From NCBI GenBank assembly GCA_965224025.1, contig OZ245033.1, forward strand, positions 1,312,001 to 1,376,000: 64,000 nucleotides of DNA, written 5' to 3'. Each line of letters opens with the position of its first letter. Within the stretch, counting starts at the first letter, position 1. Origin of the DNA: Candidatus Multivorans sp. GTDB taxonomy: Bacteria; Acidobacteriota; Thermoanaerobaculia; Multivoradales; Multivoraceae. Shown piece by piece: positions 37,031 through 46,346 of the stretch. The notes beneath the pieces are model-generated. The model saw only the letters and a program-made list of their open reading frames with translations. It searched no databases and had not been told where the DNA came from. A program made the position numbers and the translations under genes.

Positions 37031-38784
37031 AGCGCTGTCCAATGCCGGCACCACTATCTGGGGTTCCGCGGCTTGGTCGGAGGCGGCGTGCGTCAGGTGG
37101 CGGAGTTGCCGGACGGGACGTGGGTGGCTCTTCTCGGTTGGCACGCGGATTCGTTCAAGGTCCAGGCGAGGGACCGTTGGATCGGCTGGACGCGGGAACA
37201 GCAGTTCCGTCGTCTTCGGTTGGTGGCCAACAACACGCGTTTTCTGGTGTTGCCGGGCTGCCGGACGCCGAATCTCGCTTCGCGGGTTCTGCGCTTGTCG
37301 CTGCGGCGGCTGTCGCGCGACATGCAGGATCAGACCGGCCACCCGGTGCTGCTGGCGGAGACGTTCGTCGATCCGAGCCGTTTCGCGGGGACGGGCTACC
37401 GGGCCGCCAACTGGCGGGAGATCGGCAAGACGCGGGGCTACGCGCGGGTTCCGGGGGGCGGTTGGCGGAAGCACTGCGAGCCGAAGACGGTGCTGGTGCG
37501 CGAGTTGTGCTCCTCGGCGCGGGAGGCGCTGCGTCAGCCGGAGGACCGGGGGAGTGGGGTCTGGTGGTCAAGCGGCCCGAGCCGCCGAAGGCGGAGCGTC
37601 TCTCGAGCCTGTACGAGTTTCTGCGCAGGGTGCCGGAGTACCGGAAGGCGCGGGGCATCCGTCACCAGTTGGCGACGATCTTCGCGATCGCCTTGGCGGC
37701 GAAGCTGGCGGGAGTGCGCGGCGTGGTGGCGATCGGGGAGTTCGCTTCTCGTCTGACCCTGAGCCCAGTTGGCGGCGGTGCGGGCGTTCTGGAGCCCGAG
37801 CAGGGAGCGCTACGTCGCGGGGAGCGTCGCAAGCCTCATCCCGCCGGTCGGCCGGGCTTTCTGCGGGTGGATTCGGTCCATCAGGGCGACCTGGACGGGG
37901 AGAAGGGTCTGTACGAGATCAATCTTGTGGACGAGGTCACGCCGTACGAGTTCGTGGCCGCTGTGGAGGGCATTTCGGAGCGTTTCCCGGTTCCGGCCCT
38001 GGAAGGGTCGATCGAGGCTTTCCCCTTCATCATCCGCGGCTTCCACGCCGACAACGGCTCCGAGTACATCAACCACCGGGTCGCCGCGCTGCTGCGCAAG
38101 CTGCACGTTGAGGAGTTCACGAAGTCCCGCCCGAGGCGCAGCAGCGACAACGCCCTCGTCGAGAGCAAGAATGCCTCGGTGGCGCGGCGCTACCTCGGCC
38201 ACGACCACATTCCCCGGCATCACGCCGCCCTCGTCAACGACTTCCTGCGCGACGTGCTCGCTCTATTCCTCAACTACCACCGGCCCTGCCACTTCCCCGT
38301 CGAGACCACAGACGCGAAGGGACGCATCCGAAAGACCTACCCCTTCGACAAGGTCACCACGCCCTACCTCAAGCTCAAGTCGCTCGACGGCGCAGCCCTC
38401 AGCCTGCGGACCGGCGTCACCTTCGAGCAGCTCGACCAGCAGGCCCTGGCGCTCCACGATCTCGCCGCAGCGACCGCCGTCAATGAGGCCCTCGTCGCTC
38501 TGTTCGCCGAGATCCGACGACGCGATGCAAGCGTCGCATGATCGAACCGCCGCAGCTCTCCGCTTCTCGCTCTTCGCCTCTCCAAACTCCCGCTGTCCAT
38601 GGCTCACATGCCATTCTCTCGGTGCCTCTCGAACGTGACCTCGCGGTCCCCGCGCTACCGTTGGTCCCTGGTGCTGATCTCCGCTTTGCTTCGATCAGCA
38701 GTCCTGAACCCGAACACGCCGCACCTTCGCAGCACAACTCCCCAACAACCCCGGTTCAGGCTCATCTCTGGATGGGACTACGCT
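37031..38784 (+). mobile_element. composite IS remnant: DUF4338/ISAs1-like fragment fused to an rve-type transposase fragment
   Basis: HHYLGF, ARDRWIGW, VANNTRFLVLP, LAETFVDP, YRAANW; then RGIRHQLATI; then VDSVHQGD, FHADNGSEYIN, DNALVESKN. Imperfect IRs AGCGCTGTCCAATGC / GGATGGGACTACGCT. Confidence 0.7.
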
Positions 38785-38895
38785 TCCGTAGCGCTGTCCA
38801 GCTTGGGAAGGAACGAGTAGAGTTGACGGTTGGCTCGCGGACGTGGTAGTCCCCCGCGTCCGATTGGTGCTCTCCTGGGAGCAAGGAACTGGCCT

Positions 38896-39333
38896 ATGGA
38901 CAAGATTGAACTCCTGATCAGCAAGTGGCGTGCCGAGGGGCTCGACATGGTGTACCCCCTCATCTTCAAGTTCCGCACCGCCGTTGTCGGCGAGGGGTGG
39001 CTTGCCGGCGTGGAGTTGTGCGGCGCGGCCGTCGTCACGAAGGAAGCGAGCGGCGAGTTCATCGCGCATGGCTTGAAGCCGGGCGGTGTAGCGGGCGTCG
39101 GCTCGACCCTGACCGAGGCGTACGTGGCGTACAAGGAGGACCTGCAGACCGTCCTCTACGACATGGCCGGGAATGCCCCGTTCGAGGCCTTCCGGGAGAG
39201 CGTGCTGGAGTTCTTCGACAGTGCTGATGCCTGGGGCGAGGCGAAGTTCGCCGAAGGCCGGTCGATGGTTGTGGCCGGAAAGGTCGATAGCGCGCTGCCG
39301 CTGGAGCCGAATCCCGACCCGTTCTGGTGCTAG
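38896..39333 (+). CDS. hypothetical protein with HicB-like segment
   Basis: FIAHGLKPGGVAGVGSTLTEAYVAYKEDL resembles the HicB a.G.T..EA motif; coding-like GC3; AAGGA SD. Confidence 0.55.
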   Translation: MDKIELLISKWRAEGLDMVYPLIFKFRTAVVGEGWLAGVELCGAAVVTKEASGEFIAHGLKPGGVAGVGSTLTEAYVAYKEDLQTVLYDMAGNAPFEAFRESVLEFFDSADAWGEAKFAEGRSMVVAGKVDSALPLEPNPDPFWC

Positions 39334-39495
39334 CAGCCCGTGGTGGAAGTCCGTGTCGCACCGAGAGCGGTGAGGCGCCTGTCCGGCAAGGCGCGACGAG
39401 GGATCATATCGGGCCATATTCGACCGAGGAGCAACGATGGCGGACAGGATGCATCGCCGCTCGAATGCAACGCGACTTTCGCCACGGGCTGCTAG
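39330..39495. mobile_element. 166-bp MITE
   Basis: CTAGCAGCCCGTGGTGGAAGTC ... GACTTTCGCCACGGGCTGCTAG (20/22 inverted match); internally self-complementary; no transposase. Confidence 0.85.
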
Positions 39496-39565
39496 ACTGC
39501 GCCGCTGCCTCGCCGCCAGCCCCGCCATGGAGCGGGCGGCCCGAACAACCTTGGAAGATCCTGAG

Positions 39566-39814
39566 ATGGTGAAGATAAGACTCCGGCGTATGGGTTCGCG
39601 CCACAGACCGTTCTACCGCGTCGTCGTGTCCGACAGCCGCAAGGTCCCCTCGTCGCGGGTGATCGAGGAACTCGGGCACTACGACCCGCGCAAGGACCCG
39701 GCGGTGATCCGCCTCAAGACGGACCGCATCGACCACTGGGTCTCGCGGGGAGCGCAGGTAACGGACACCGTTCGGGGCCTGGTGCGCCGGGCGGCCGCCG
39801 CGGCGGAATCCTAG
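39566..39814 (+). CDS. rpsP: 30S ribosomal protein S16
   Basis: MVKIRLRRMG..HRPFYRVVVSDSR, ELGHYDP, GAQVTDTV. Confidence 0.96.
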   Translation: MVKIRLRRMGSRHRPFYRVVVSDSRKVPSSRVIEELGHYDPRKDPAVIRLKTDRIDHWVSRGAQVTDTVRGLVRRAAAAAES

Positions 39815-39817
39815 GGC

Positions 39818-40063
39818 GTGTCGGAGGTCGCCGATCAGCTCGCCGGCGTCGTTCGGTCGATCGTGGATCAGCCCGAGGCGGTTCGCGTCGAGGAGATCGA
39901 GGAAGAGGACGCGATCGTGCTGCAGGTCGAGGTCGCGCCGGACGAACTCGGGCGCGTGATCGGCCGCCAGGGACGCAGCGTGCGGTCGCTGCGCGCGCTG
40001 CTCGAGGTGCGCGGGGCCGAGATCGGCGAGTACTACGAGGTCGAGATCGTCGAACCGGCCTGA
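39818..40063 (+). CDS. khpA: KH-domain RNA-binding protein KhpA
   Basis: IVDQPEAV, ELGRVIGRQGR; located between rpsP and rimM. Confidence 0.9.
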   Translation: MSEVADQLAGVVRSIVDQPEAVRVEEIEEEDAIVLQVEVAPDELGRVIGRQGRSVRSLRALLEVRGAEIGEYYEVEIVEPA

Positions 40064-40101
40064 GCAGTCGCGCCGATCCCTGGTGCAGGTCGGAGGTGAG
40101 G

Positions 40102-40674
40102 ATGGGACAGGCGCCGCAATCGGTCCGTAGCGACGACACGGAGATGGTCGCCGTCGGCTCTGTCCTGCGGGCCCACGGCCTGCGCGGCGAAGTGCTGGTC
40201 TTGGCGGACAGCCAGAACCCGGCCCGGTTCGCGAGGGGTTCGGAACTTTTCGTGCGTGGCGGGGCCAGGCTGCGGCGGCTGGAGGTCGCATCGAGCCGGC
40301 CGCATCGGGGTCGGGAACTGGTTCAGTTCGTGGACGTGACGGACCGCGACGGGGCGGACGCGCTCCGTGGGGCTCTGCTCGAGGCTCCCGAGGAGAGTGT
40401 GCCGGCGGCGGAAGAGGGCACGTTCTACTACTTCCAACTGGTCGGCTGCCGGGTCGTGGACAGGGGACTGGGCGATCTGGGCGAGGTCACCGAGGTCGTC
40501 GAGGACGGCGGCGGCGTGCTGCTCTTGGTGGCGCGGCCGGCCGATGGCGGCGGCGGCCGCTCGGTGCTGATCCCGTTCGCCAACCGACTGCTGCCGGAGA
40601 TCGACGTCGAGGAGCGACTAATTCGGAGCGACCTGCCCGAGGGCCTGCTGGAAGCGTGCGAATCGACGTCATAA
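40102..40674 (+). CDS. rimM: ribosome maturation factor RimM
   Basis: VG.V.RAHGLRGEV, FYYFQLVGC, VLIPF. Confidence 0.92.
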   Translation: MGQAPQSVRSDDTEMVAVGSVLRAHGLRGEVLVLADSQNPARFARGSELFVRGGARLRRLEVASSRPHRGRELVQFVDVTDRDGADALRGALLEAPEESVPAAEEGTFYYFQLVGCRVVDRGLGDLGEVTEVVEDGGGVLLLVARPADGGGGRSVLIPFANRLLPEIDVEERLIRSDLPEGLLEACESTS

Positions 40675-41378
40675 CCATCCTGCCGGAGGTCTTCCGCGAG
40701 TTCCTGGAGGCGAGCCTGATCGGTCGGGCGAGAGCCGCCGGCCTGCTCGACGTGCGGGTCCACGACCTGCGCGACTACACCGGCGATCCCCACCGGAGCG
40801 TCGATGACGAGCCCTACGGCGGCGGCGGCGGGATGGTGATGACTGCCCCGCCCTGGCTCATGGCGGTGCGGGCCGTGGCCGGCGGCGACTCCCGCGCTCA
40901 CCGCATCCTGCTCTCGCCGCAGGGAGAGCGCCTGGACGATGCCTTGGTCCAGAGTCTGGCGCACAAGAAGCGGCTGGTGCTCCTTTGCGGACGCTATGAG
41001 GCGGTCGACGAGAGGGTGCGCGCGCTGGTTGTCGACTCCGAACTGTCGATCGGCGACTATGTGCTGTCGGGAGGGGAGGCGCCGGCGATGGTCGTCGTCG
41101 AGGCGATCTCGCGCCAGGTCCCCGGGGTCGTGGGGCGGCATTCGTCGGTCGTGAACGACAGCTTCCGCGCCGGCCTCCTCGACCACCCGCATTACACCCG
41201 CCCGCCGATCGTGGAGGGCATCGAGGTGCCCGAAGTGCTGCGATCGGGCGACCACGGCCGCATCGACGCGTGGCGCCGGGAACAGGCGCTCGAGGCGACG
41301 CGCCGGAAGCGGCCGGACCTGCTGGGAGGGGAAGCCTCCGCGCCGGAGGTTGCGCACAGGGTGCCGAACAGGCGATAA
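40656..41378 (+). CDS. trmD: tRNA (guanine37-N1)-methyltransferase
   Basis: VDDEPYGGGGGMV, CGRYEAVDER, SIGDYVLSGGE, PHYTRP. Confidence 0.96.
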   Translation: MRIDVITILPEVFREFLEASLIGRARAAGLLDVRVHDLRDYTGDPHRSVDDEPYGGGGGMVMTAPPWLMAVRAVAGGDSRAHRILLSPQGERLDDALVQSLAHKKRLVLLCGRYEAVDERVRALVVDSELSIGDYVLSGGEAPAMVVVEAISRQVPGVVGRHSSVVNDSFRAGLLDHPHYTRPPIVEGIEVPEVLRSGDHGRIDAWRREQALEATRRKRPDLLGGEASAPEVAHRVPNRR

Positions 41379-41510
41379 TCCGCGTCTTGCCGCTTCGCGG
41401 TGCGCGGGCTGGATGTCAGTTGTCCGGGTTCGCGGGAGGGGCGCGGAGCCGATCAGCAGAGAACGAAGCCGCAGGGTCGGAACTTGCGGCTCAGGCACAG
41501 GTGACACGCA

Positions 41511-41858
41511 ATGCACGATCTACAGCACGTGGAGCAGGAGTACGTGCAGCAGGGCCTGCCCGAGTTTCGGGCAGGTGACACGGTCAAGGTCCACGTCCGG
41601 GTCAGAGAGGGCGCCAAGGAGCGGATCCAGATCTTCCAGGGTGTGGTGATTGCCCGCCGCGGCAGTGGCACTCGGGAGACCTTCACCGTGCGCAAGGTCT
41701 CGGGAGGCATCGGCGTCGAGCGGATCTTCCCGCTTCATTCGCCGGTGATTGGTCAGATCGAGGTCGTGCGCCGGGGCAAGGTGCGCCGCGCCAAGCTCTA
41801 CTACCTGCGGAAACTGCGCGGCCGCGCCGCCCGCATCGAGGAGCTCCGCAAGCGCTGA
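41511..41858 (+). CDS. rplS: 50S ribosomal protein L19
   Basis: [32 protein letters not shown]. Confidence 0.97.
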   Translation: MHDLQHVEQEYVQQGLPEFRAGDTVKVHVRVREGAKERIQIFQGVVIARRGSGTRETFTVRKVSGGIGVERIFPLHSPVIGQIEVVRRGKVRRAKLYYLRKLRGRAARIEELRKR

Positions 41859-41934
41859 CGACTGCCGCGGGTATCAAAGGCCCATGAGTGTTCACCGCAG
41901 GAACGAAGCGTAGCGAGTTCCAAGGGGCAAGCTC

Positions 41935-42627
41935 ATGGGGAGGTGGGGGCTGGGGCCAAACACGAAGTCCGCGACGGGTTTGGCGGCGCTGATCGCCGAG
42001 GCGTACCGCCTGCGCCTGATGCGCGGGCTCGAGCACCAGTTCGCGATGGCCGGTTACGGGCTCGTCGCCGGCGTCGACGAGGCGGGTCGGGGTTGTCTCG
42101 CCGGCCCCGTGGTTGCGGCGGCGGTGGTGGTCTCGCCGGACTGCCTGATTCCCGGCGTCGACGACAGCAAACGGCTGTCCGCGCGGCAGCGGGAACGATT
42201 GGCCGAGGCGATCAAGCAGCGGGCGGCCGCGTGGTCGGTTGCGATGGGCGACGCCGCGTTGATCGACCGCATCAACGTGCTCGAGGCCACCCGGTGGGCG
42301 ATGCGGAGTGCGTTGCGGTCACTAACGGTTCGCCCCGCCATCGCCCTCGTCGATGCGGTGCGGCTCGATGAGGTGGACGTGTGCGGCGCGGAGGTGTCGA
42401 CGGTGCCGCTGGTGCGGGCCGATTCCCTCAGTTTCGCCGTCGCCTGCGCGTCGATCATCGCCAAGACGGACCGGGACCGCCGGATGGCGGCGTACGACCG
42501 GCAGTACCCGGGCTTCGGGTTCGCCAGCCACAAGGGATACGCGTCGGAGGATCACCGCGCCGCGCTGAAGGAACTGGGGCCGACGCCCCTTCACCGCCTC
42601 ACCTTCCGCTCCGTGCTGCCGACATAA
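41935..42627 (+). CDS. rnhB: ribonuclease HII (true start possibly ~41980)
   Basis: GVDEAGRGCLAGPV, DDSKRL, ASIIAK, HKGY, HRLTF. Confidence 0.93.
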   Translation: MGRWGLGPNTKSATGLAALIAEAYRLRLMRGLEHQFAMAGYGLVAGVDEAGRGCLAGPVVAAAVVVSPDCLIPGVDDSKRLSARQRERLAEAIKQRAAAWSVAMGDAALIDRINVLEATRWAMRSALRSLTVRPAIALVDAVRLDEVDVCGAEVSTVPLVRADSLSFAVACASIIAKTDRDRRMAAYDRQYPGFGFASHKGYASEDHRAALKELGPTPLHRLTFRSVLPT

Positions 42628-42638
42628 GATCAAGGAGC

Positions 42639-43742
42639 ATGCGCCGGAATCTCCTGCTGTTCGCGATCGTGGCCGGCATCGTCGCCCTGGCGGCGGTGGT
42701 CCTGTGGCTGGCGCCGCGGGCGCGGGAGGCGAGAGCACCGAAACTGGTTCGGGCCTGGGTCGGCGTGGAAGTCGGAGGCGAGGGCGTGGCCAGGACGGGC
42801 ACGGTCGAACTCGACGCCGGCCAGGACTTCCGGTTGCACGCGGTGGTCGAGGTGCACCACGGCGGCGGCGACGGAGACGGTGAGGCCGAGTACTACAGCG
42901 CCACACCGCGGGTAGTGCTCGACGGCCGGCAGTTCGAGGCTCTTCCCGTAGAGGAGCTCGGTGGTCTCGGCCGGGTCAGGCTCCTCTGGTTCAGCGTCGA
43001 GCACGGCGTTCCGTTCCGGGAAATGGAGAACGGCGTGGATCTCGACACGTTCCGCTATGAGCAGTTCTTTCGTCCCGAATGGGGCAGCGCCTGGTCGATC
43101 GACGGTACCCTGGACGCCTACTTCGACGGCTGGCTGGAGGAGGAGGGGCCGGACATCGAGCGGGATTTCGGAACCCTCCGGTACCAGGTCTGGGTCGAGG
43201 CCTCGGCGGACGAGGAAGCGCTGGTTCCGGACCATCGCGTGAAGTCGGCCGCGCTTCCCGGCGCGACCCGGGTTGTGTCGCGACTACCCGCGGCCCTGGG
43301 GCCTGCGTCGGCAGTCTTCGGTCTGCCGGAGATCGAGCGCGGGGACGGCGACTGGGACCAGGCGGCACTGACCCGCGTGCACCAGCTTTACGGCGACGGA
43401 CTCGCCTTCAGCCAGCTCACCGTGCTGCGCGATCTGCTCGATGCCGGCGGCGCCCGCTGGGAGGACCTGAACTGGCAACTCGCGCCGCTCGACGGCAGCC
43501 TGTCCTGGCGCGACCCGGACGCGGGCTCGCCGGCGCCGGGCGACCTGGTCCGGGTCGCGGACCGCTGGGTGGTTCTGCTTGGCGACGAGACCGGGGAGGG
43601 CGAAGTGGGAATGCTGGACGGAGCGGATCTCTGCCTGGACTTCGACGCGGGCGCCGCCGTGCGGCGGCTCGACCAGATCTTCCTGCTCGGGGCCGAGGAC
43701 GAAGGGGACGTGCTGGTGGCGGCGCCGAGGCTGCCCGCCTGA
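42639..43742 (+). CDS. hypothetical membrane-anchored/exported acidic protein
   Basis: AAGGAG SD, N-terminal hydrophobic helix (MRRNLLLFAIVAGIVALAAVVLWL), high GC3. Confidence 0.7.
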   Translation: MRRNLLLFAIVAGIVALAAVVLWLAPRAREARAPKLVRAWVGVEVGGEGVARTGTVELDAGQDFRLHAVVEVHHGGGDGDGEAEYYSATPRVVLDGRQFEALPVEELGGLGRVRLLWFSVEHGVPFREMENGVDLDTFRYEQFFRPEWGSAWSIDGTLDAYFDGWLEEEGPDIERDFGTLRYQVWVEASADEEALVPDHRVKSAALPGATRVVSRLPAALGPASAVFGLPEIERGDGDWDQAALTRVHQLYGDGLAFSQLTVLRDLLDAGGARWEDLNWQLAPLDGSLSWRDPDAGSPAPGDLVRVADRWVVLLGDETGEGEVGMLDGADLCLDFDAGAAVRRLDQIFLLGAEDEGDVLVAAPRLPA

Positions 43743-43783
43743 GCGGGGGCGCGGCCGCGCGAGTGGCTTGGGTCCGCGGATCT

Positions 43784-44254
43784 TCATCTCCGAGCGCCGA
43801 GACCTGGATCCTCCGCCAAAGCCCCGCCAGGACTCACTTCGACGACCAGGTCGCAGCCGGCGAAGAAGAACGCGCGCTCGAGGCCAGCGTTCTCCGGCGA
43901 GTCGCTGCCGTGGATCGCGTTGTTCTGGATGTTTGACCCGTAGAGGTTCCGGATCGTGCCCGCAGCCGCCTGCGTGGAGTCGGTCGCGCCCATCGTGTCG
44001 CGGAGGCGGGTGACGGCGTTCTCGCGAGCGAGCGCGATCGCCACCGCCGGACCGCTGGTCATGAAGGCGACCAGGTCCGCGAAGAACGGCCGCTCCCGAT
44101 GGACCGCGTAGAAGGCCTCGGCCTGCGCCTGCGAGAGGCGCAACCGCCGGATCGCCTGGACCTGGAACCCCGCGTCCTCGAGGTGGGCGAGGATCCGGCC
44201 GGTGTTGCCGGCTCGGACCGCATCGGGCTTGATGATCGTCAGCGTCTCTTCCAT
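43784..44254 (-). CDS. ndk: nucleoside-diphosphate kinase
   Basis: TLTIIKPDAV, FYAVH.ERPFF, NAIHGSDS. Confidence 0.96.
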   Translation of the reverse strand: MEETLTIIKPDAVRAGNTGRILAHLEDAGFQVQAIRRLRLSQAQAEAFYAVHRERPFFADLVAFMTSGPAVAIALARENAVTRLRDTMGATDSTQAAAGTIRNLYGSNIQNNAIHGSDSPENAGLERAFFFAGCDLVVEVSPGGALAEDPGLGARR

Positions 44255-44279
44255 CTCGTCTCCCGTTCAGCCGCGGCCG

Positions 44280-45152
44280 TCAGGGCGCCAGCGCCGCGGC
44301 GACCCGCGCTCCCATCTCGGCGGGCGAATCGACCACCAGTACGCCGGCAGCAGCGAGCGCCGCCTTCTTCTCGGCGGCGGTGCCCTTGCCGCCCGCGACG
44401 ATCGCTCCTGCATGACCCATCCGCCGCCCCGGGGGCGCCGTAGCGCCGGCGATGAAGCCGACGACCGGGATACGGAGATGCTGCCGGATCCAGTCCGCCG
44501 CCTCCTCTTCCGCGGCGCCGCCGATCTCGCCGATCATCACGATCGCCTCGGTCGCTTCGTCCTCGGCGAACAGCGAGAGCACGTCGATGAAGCTCGTGCC
44601 GCCTACGGGATCGCCGCCGATGCCGACGCAGGTCGTCTGACCGAGTTCCTCGTTCGTGAGCTGCCACACCGCCTCGTAGGTCAGGGTGCCGCTGCGGCTG
44701 ATGACGCCGACGTTGCCCGCCGCGTGGATGTGGCCGGGCATGATGCCGACCTTGGCCTGGCCGGGCGTGATCAGACCCGGGCAGTTGGGTCCCAGGAGGC
44801 GGCTGTTCCGGCCGGCGAGGAACGTCTTCACTTGCACCATGTCGCGAACGGGAATGCCCTCGGTGATGCAGACGATCAACTCGACGCCGGCATCGGCCGC
44901 CTCCATGATCGCGTCCGCGGCGAACGGCGGCGGCACGAAGATGAGCGTAGTGTTGCAGTCCGTCGCCCGACGCGCCTGCTCGACCGAGTCCCAGACCGCG
45001 AAACCTTCGACCGTGCTGCCGCCCTTGCCGGGCGTGACGCCGCCGACGACTTCCGTGCCGTACTCCCGGCAGCCCATCGCATGGAACAGGCCCTCCGTGC
45101 CGGTGATGCCCTGCACGATCAGGCGCGTGTCCTTGCCAACCAGAATCGACAT
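44280..45152 (-). CDS. sucD: succinate--CoA ligase subunit alpha
   Basis: [27 protein letters not shown]. Confidence 0.97.
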   Translation of the reverse strand: MSILVGKDTRLIVQGITGTEGLFHAMGCREYGTEVVGGVTPGKGGSTVEGFAVWDSVEQARRATDCNTTLIFVPPPFAADAIMEAADAGVELIVCITEGIPVRDMVQVKTFLAGRNSRLLGPNCPGLITPGQAKVGIMPGHIHAAGNVGVISRSGTLTYEAVWQLTNEELGQTTCVGIGGDPVGGTSFIDVLSLFAEDEATEAIVMIGEIGGAAEEEAADWIRQHLRIPVVGFIAGATAPPGRRMGHAGAIVAGGKGTAAEKKAALAAAGVLVVDSPAEMGARVAAALAP

Positions 45153-45157
45153 CGCGT

Positions 45158-46333
45158 CTAGCTTCCCAGGGCCGCTACCGCGCGCTCGGCGGCGCTCGCC
45201 ATGCCGTCCGCCACGATGAAGTCGAAGTCGGCCTCTTCAAGCACCCTCCGGCCCTCCTCGACGTTGGTTCCCTCGAGCCGTACGATGACCGGCGCATCGA
45301 CCGGCGTGCCCGCCGCGCCGAGTTCCCCGATCGCCGCCACCACGCCGCGGGCGATGCGATCGGTGCGCGCGATGCCGCCGAAGATGTTGATCAGCACGGC
45401 CTTCACCGCGGCATCCGAGAGGATGATCCGGAAGGCGCTGGCCACCGCCTCCTGCGAGGCCGAGCCGCCGACATCGAGGAAGTTCGCGGGTTCGCCTCCG
45501 TAGAGCTTGATGATGTCCATCGTCGCCATCGCCAGCCCGGCGCCGTTCACCATGCAGCCGATGCCGCCGTCCAGCTTGATGTAGCTGATGCCGTGCTTCG
45601 AGGCTTCGACTTCGAGCGGGTTCTCTTCGTGAATGTCGCGAAACCCAGCGATCTCCCGCCTTCTGAACATCGCGTTGTCGTCGAAGTTCATCTTCGCGTC
45701 CAGGGTGTAGGCATCGCCCCCCCTGTCGACCATCAGCGGGTTGATCTCGACCAGGGAGGCGTCCGTCTCCAGGTAAGCAGCGACCACGCTGGCGACAGCG
45801 GCCTGGATCTGACGCGCCGTGCCGCCCGAGAACCCCAAGCCGGACGCGACCCGCCGGCACTGGAACGGCAGTACGCCCAGTTGCGGATCGATCAGTTCGC
45901 GCAGGATCGCGTCAGGGTCCGTACGCGCAACTTCCTCGATGTCCATGCCGCCGGCACGGGACGCCATCAACACCGGCCGCTCGGCCGCACGGTCCAGGGT
46001 CACGCCCAGGTAGAGCTCCTGCTCGATCTCAAGCGCCTCTTCGATCAGGATCTTTCGCACCCGCTGGCCTCCGGGACCGGTCTGGTGGGTCACGAGCTGC
46101 ATTCCGAGGATCTCGCCAGCCAGCCGCTCGGCCTCCTCCGGGCCGGCGGCCAGCTTGACGCCGCCGCCCTTGCCACGGCCACCCGCGTGAATCTGGGCCT
46201 TGACCACGCAGCGGCCCCCGAAGTCCCGGCAGATCCGCGCCGCCTTTGCGGGATCGGAGATCACCTTCCCCTGCGGTACCCTGGCGCCGAATCCGCGCAG
46301 GAGTTCCTTGGCCTGGAACTCGTGGATCTTCAA
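45158..46333 (-). CDS. sucC: succinate--CoA ligase subunit beta
   Basis: [42 protein letters not shown]. Confidence 0.97.
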   Translation of the reverse strand: MKIHEFQAKELLRGFGARVPQGKVISDPAKAARICRDFGGRCVVKAQIHAGGRGKGGGVKLAAGPEEAERLAGEILGMQLVTHQTGPGGQRVRKILIEEALEIEQELYLGVTLDRAAERPVLMASRAGGMDIEEVARTDPDAILRELIDPQLGVLPFQCRRVASGLGFSGGTARQIQAAVASVVAAYLETDASLVEINPLMVDRGGDAYTLDAKMNFDDNAMFRRREIAGFRDIHEENPLEVEASKHGISYIKLDGGIGCMVNGAGLAMATMDIIKLYGGEPANFLDVGGSASQEAVASAFRIILSDAAVKAVLINIFGGIARTDRIARGVVAAIGELGAAGTPVDAPVIVRLEGTNVEEGRRVLEEADFDFIVADGMASAAERAVAALGS

Positions 46334-46346
46334 AGCGTGGAGCGCC

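Noticed and set aside
37007-37756. Druantia DruA anti-phage gene
   Set aside because: The DUF4338-like domain is followed by an ISAs1-type transposase-associated fragment, and no other dru genes are present; it is better explained as an IS remnant.
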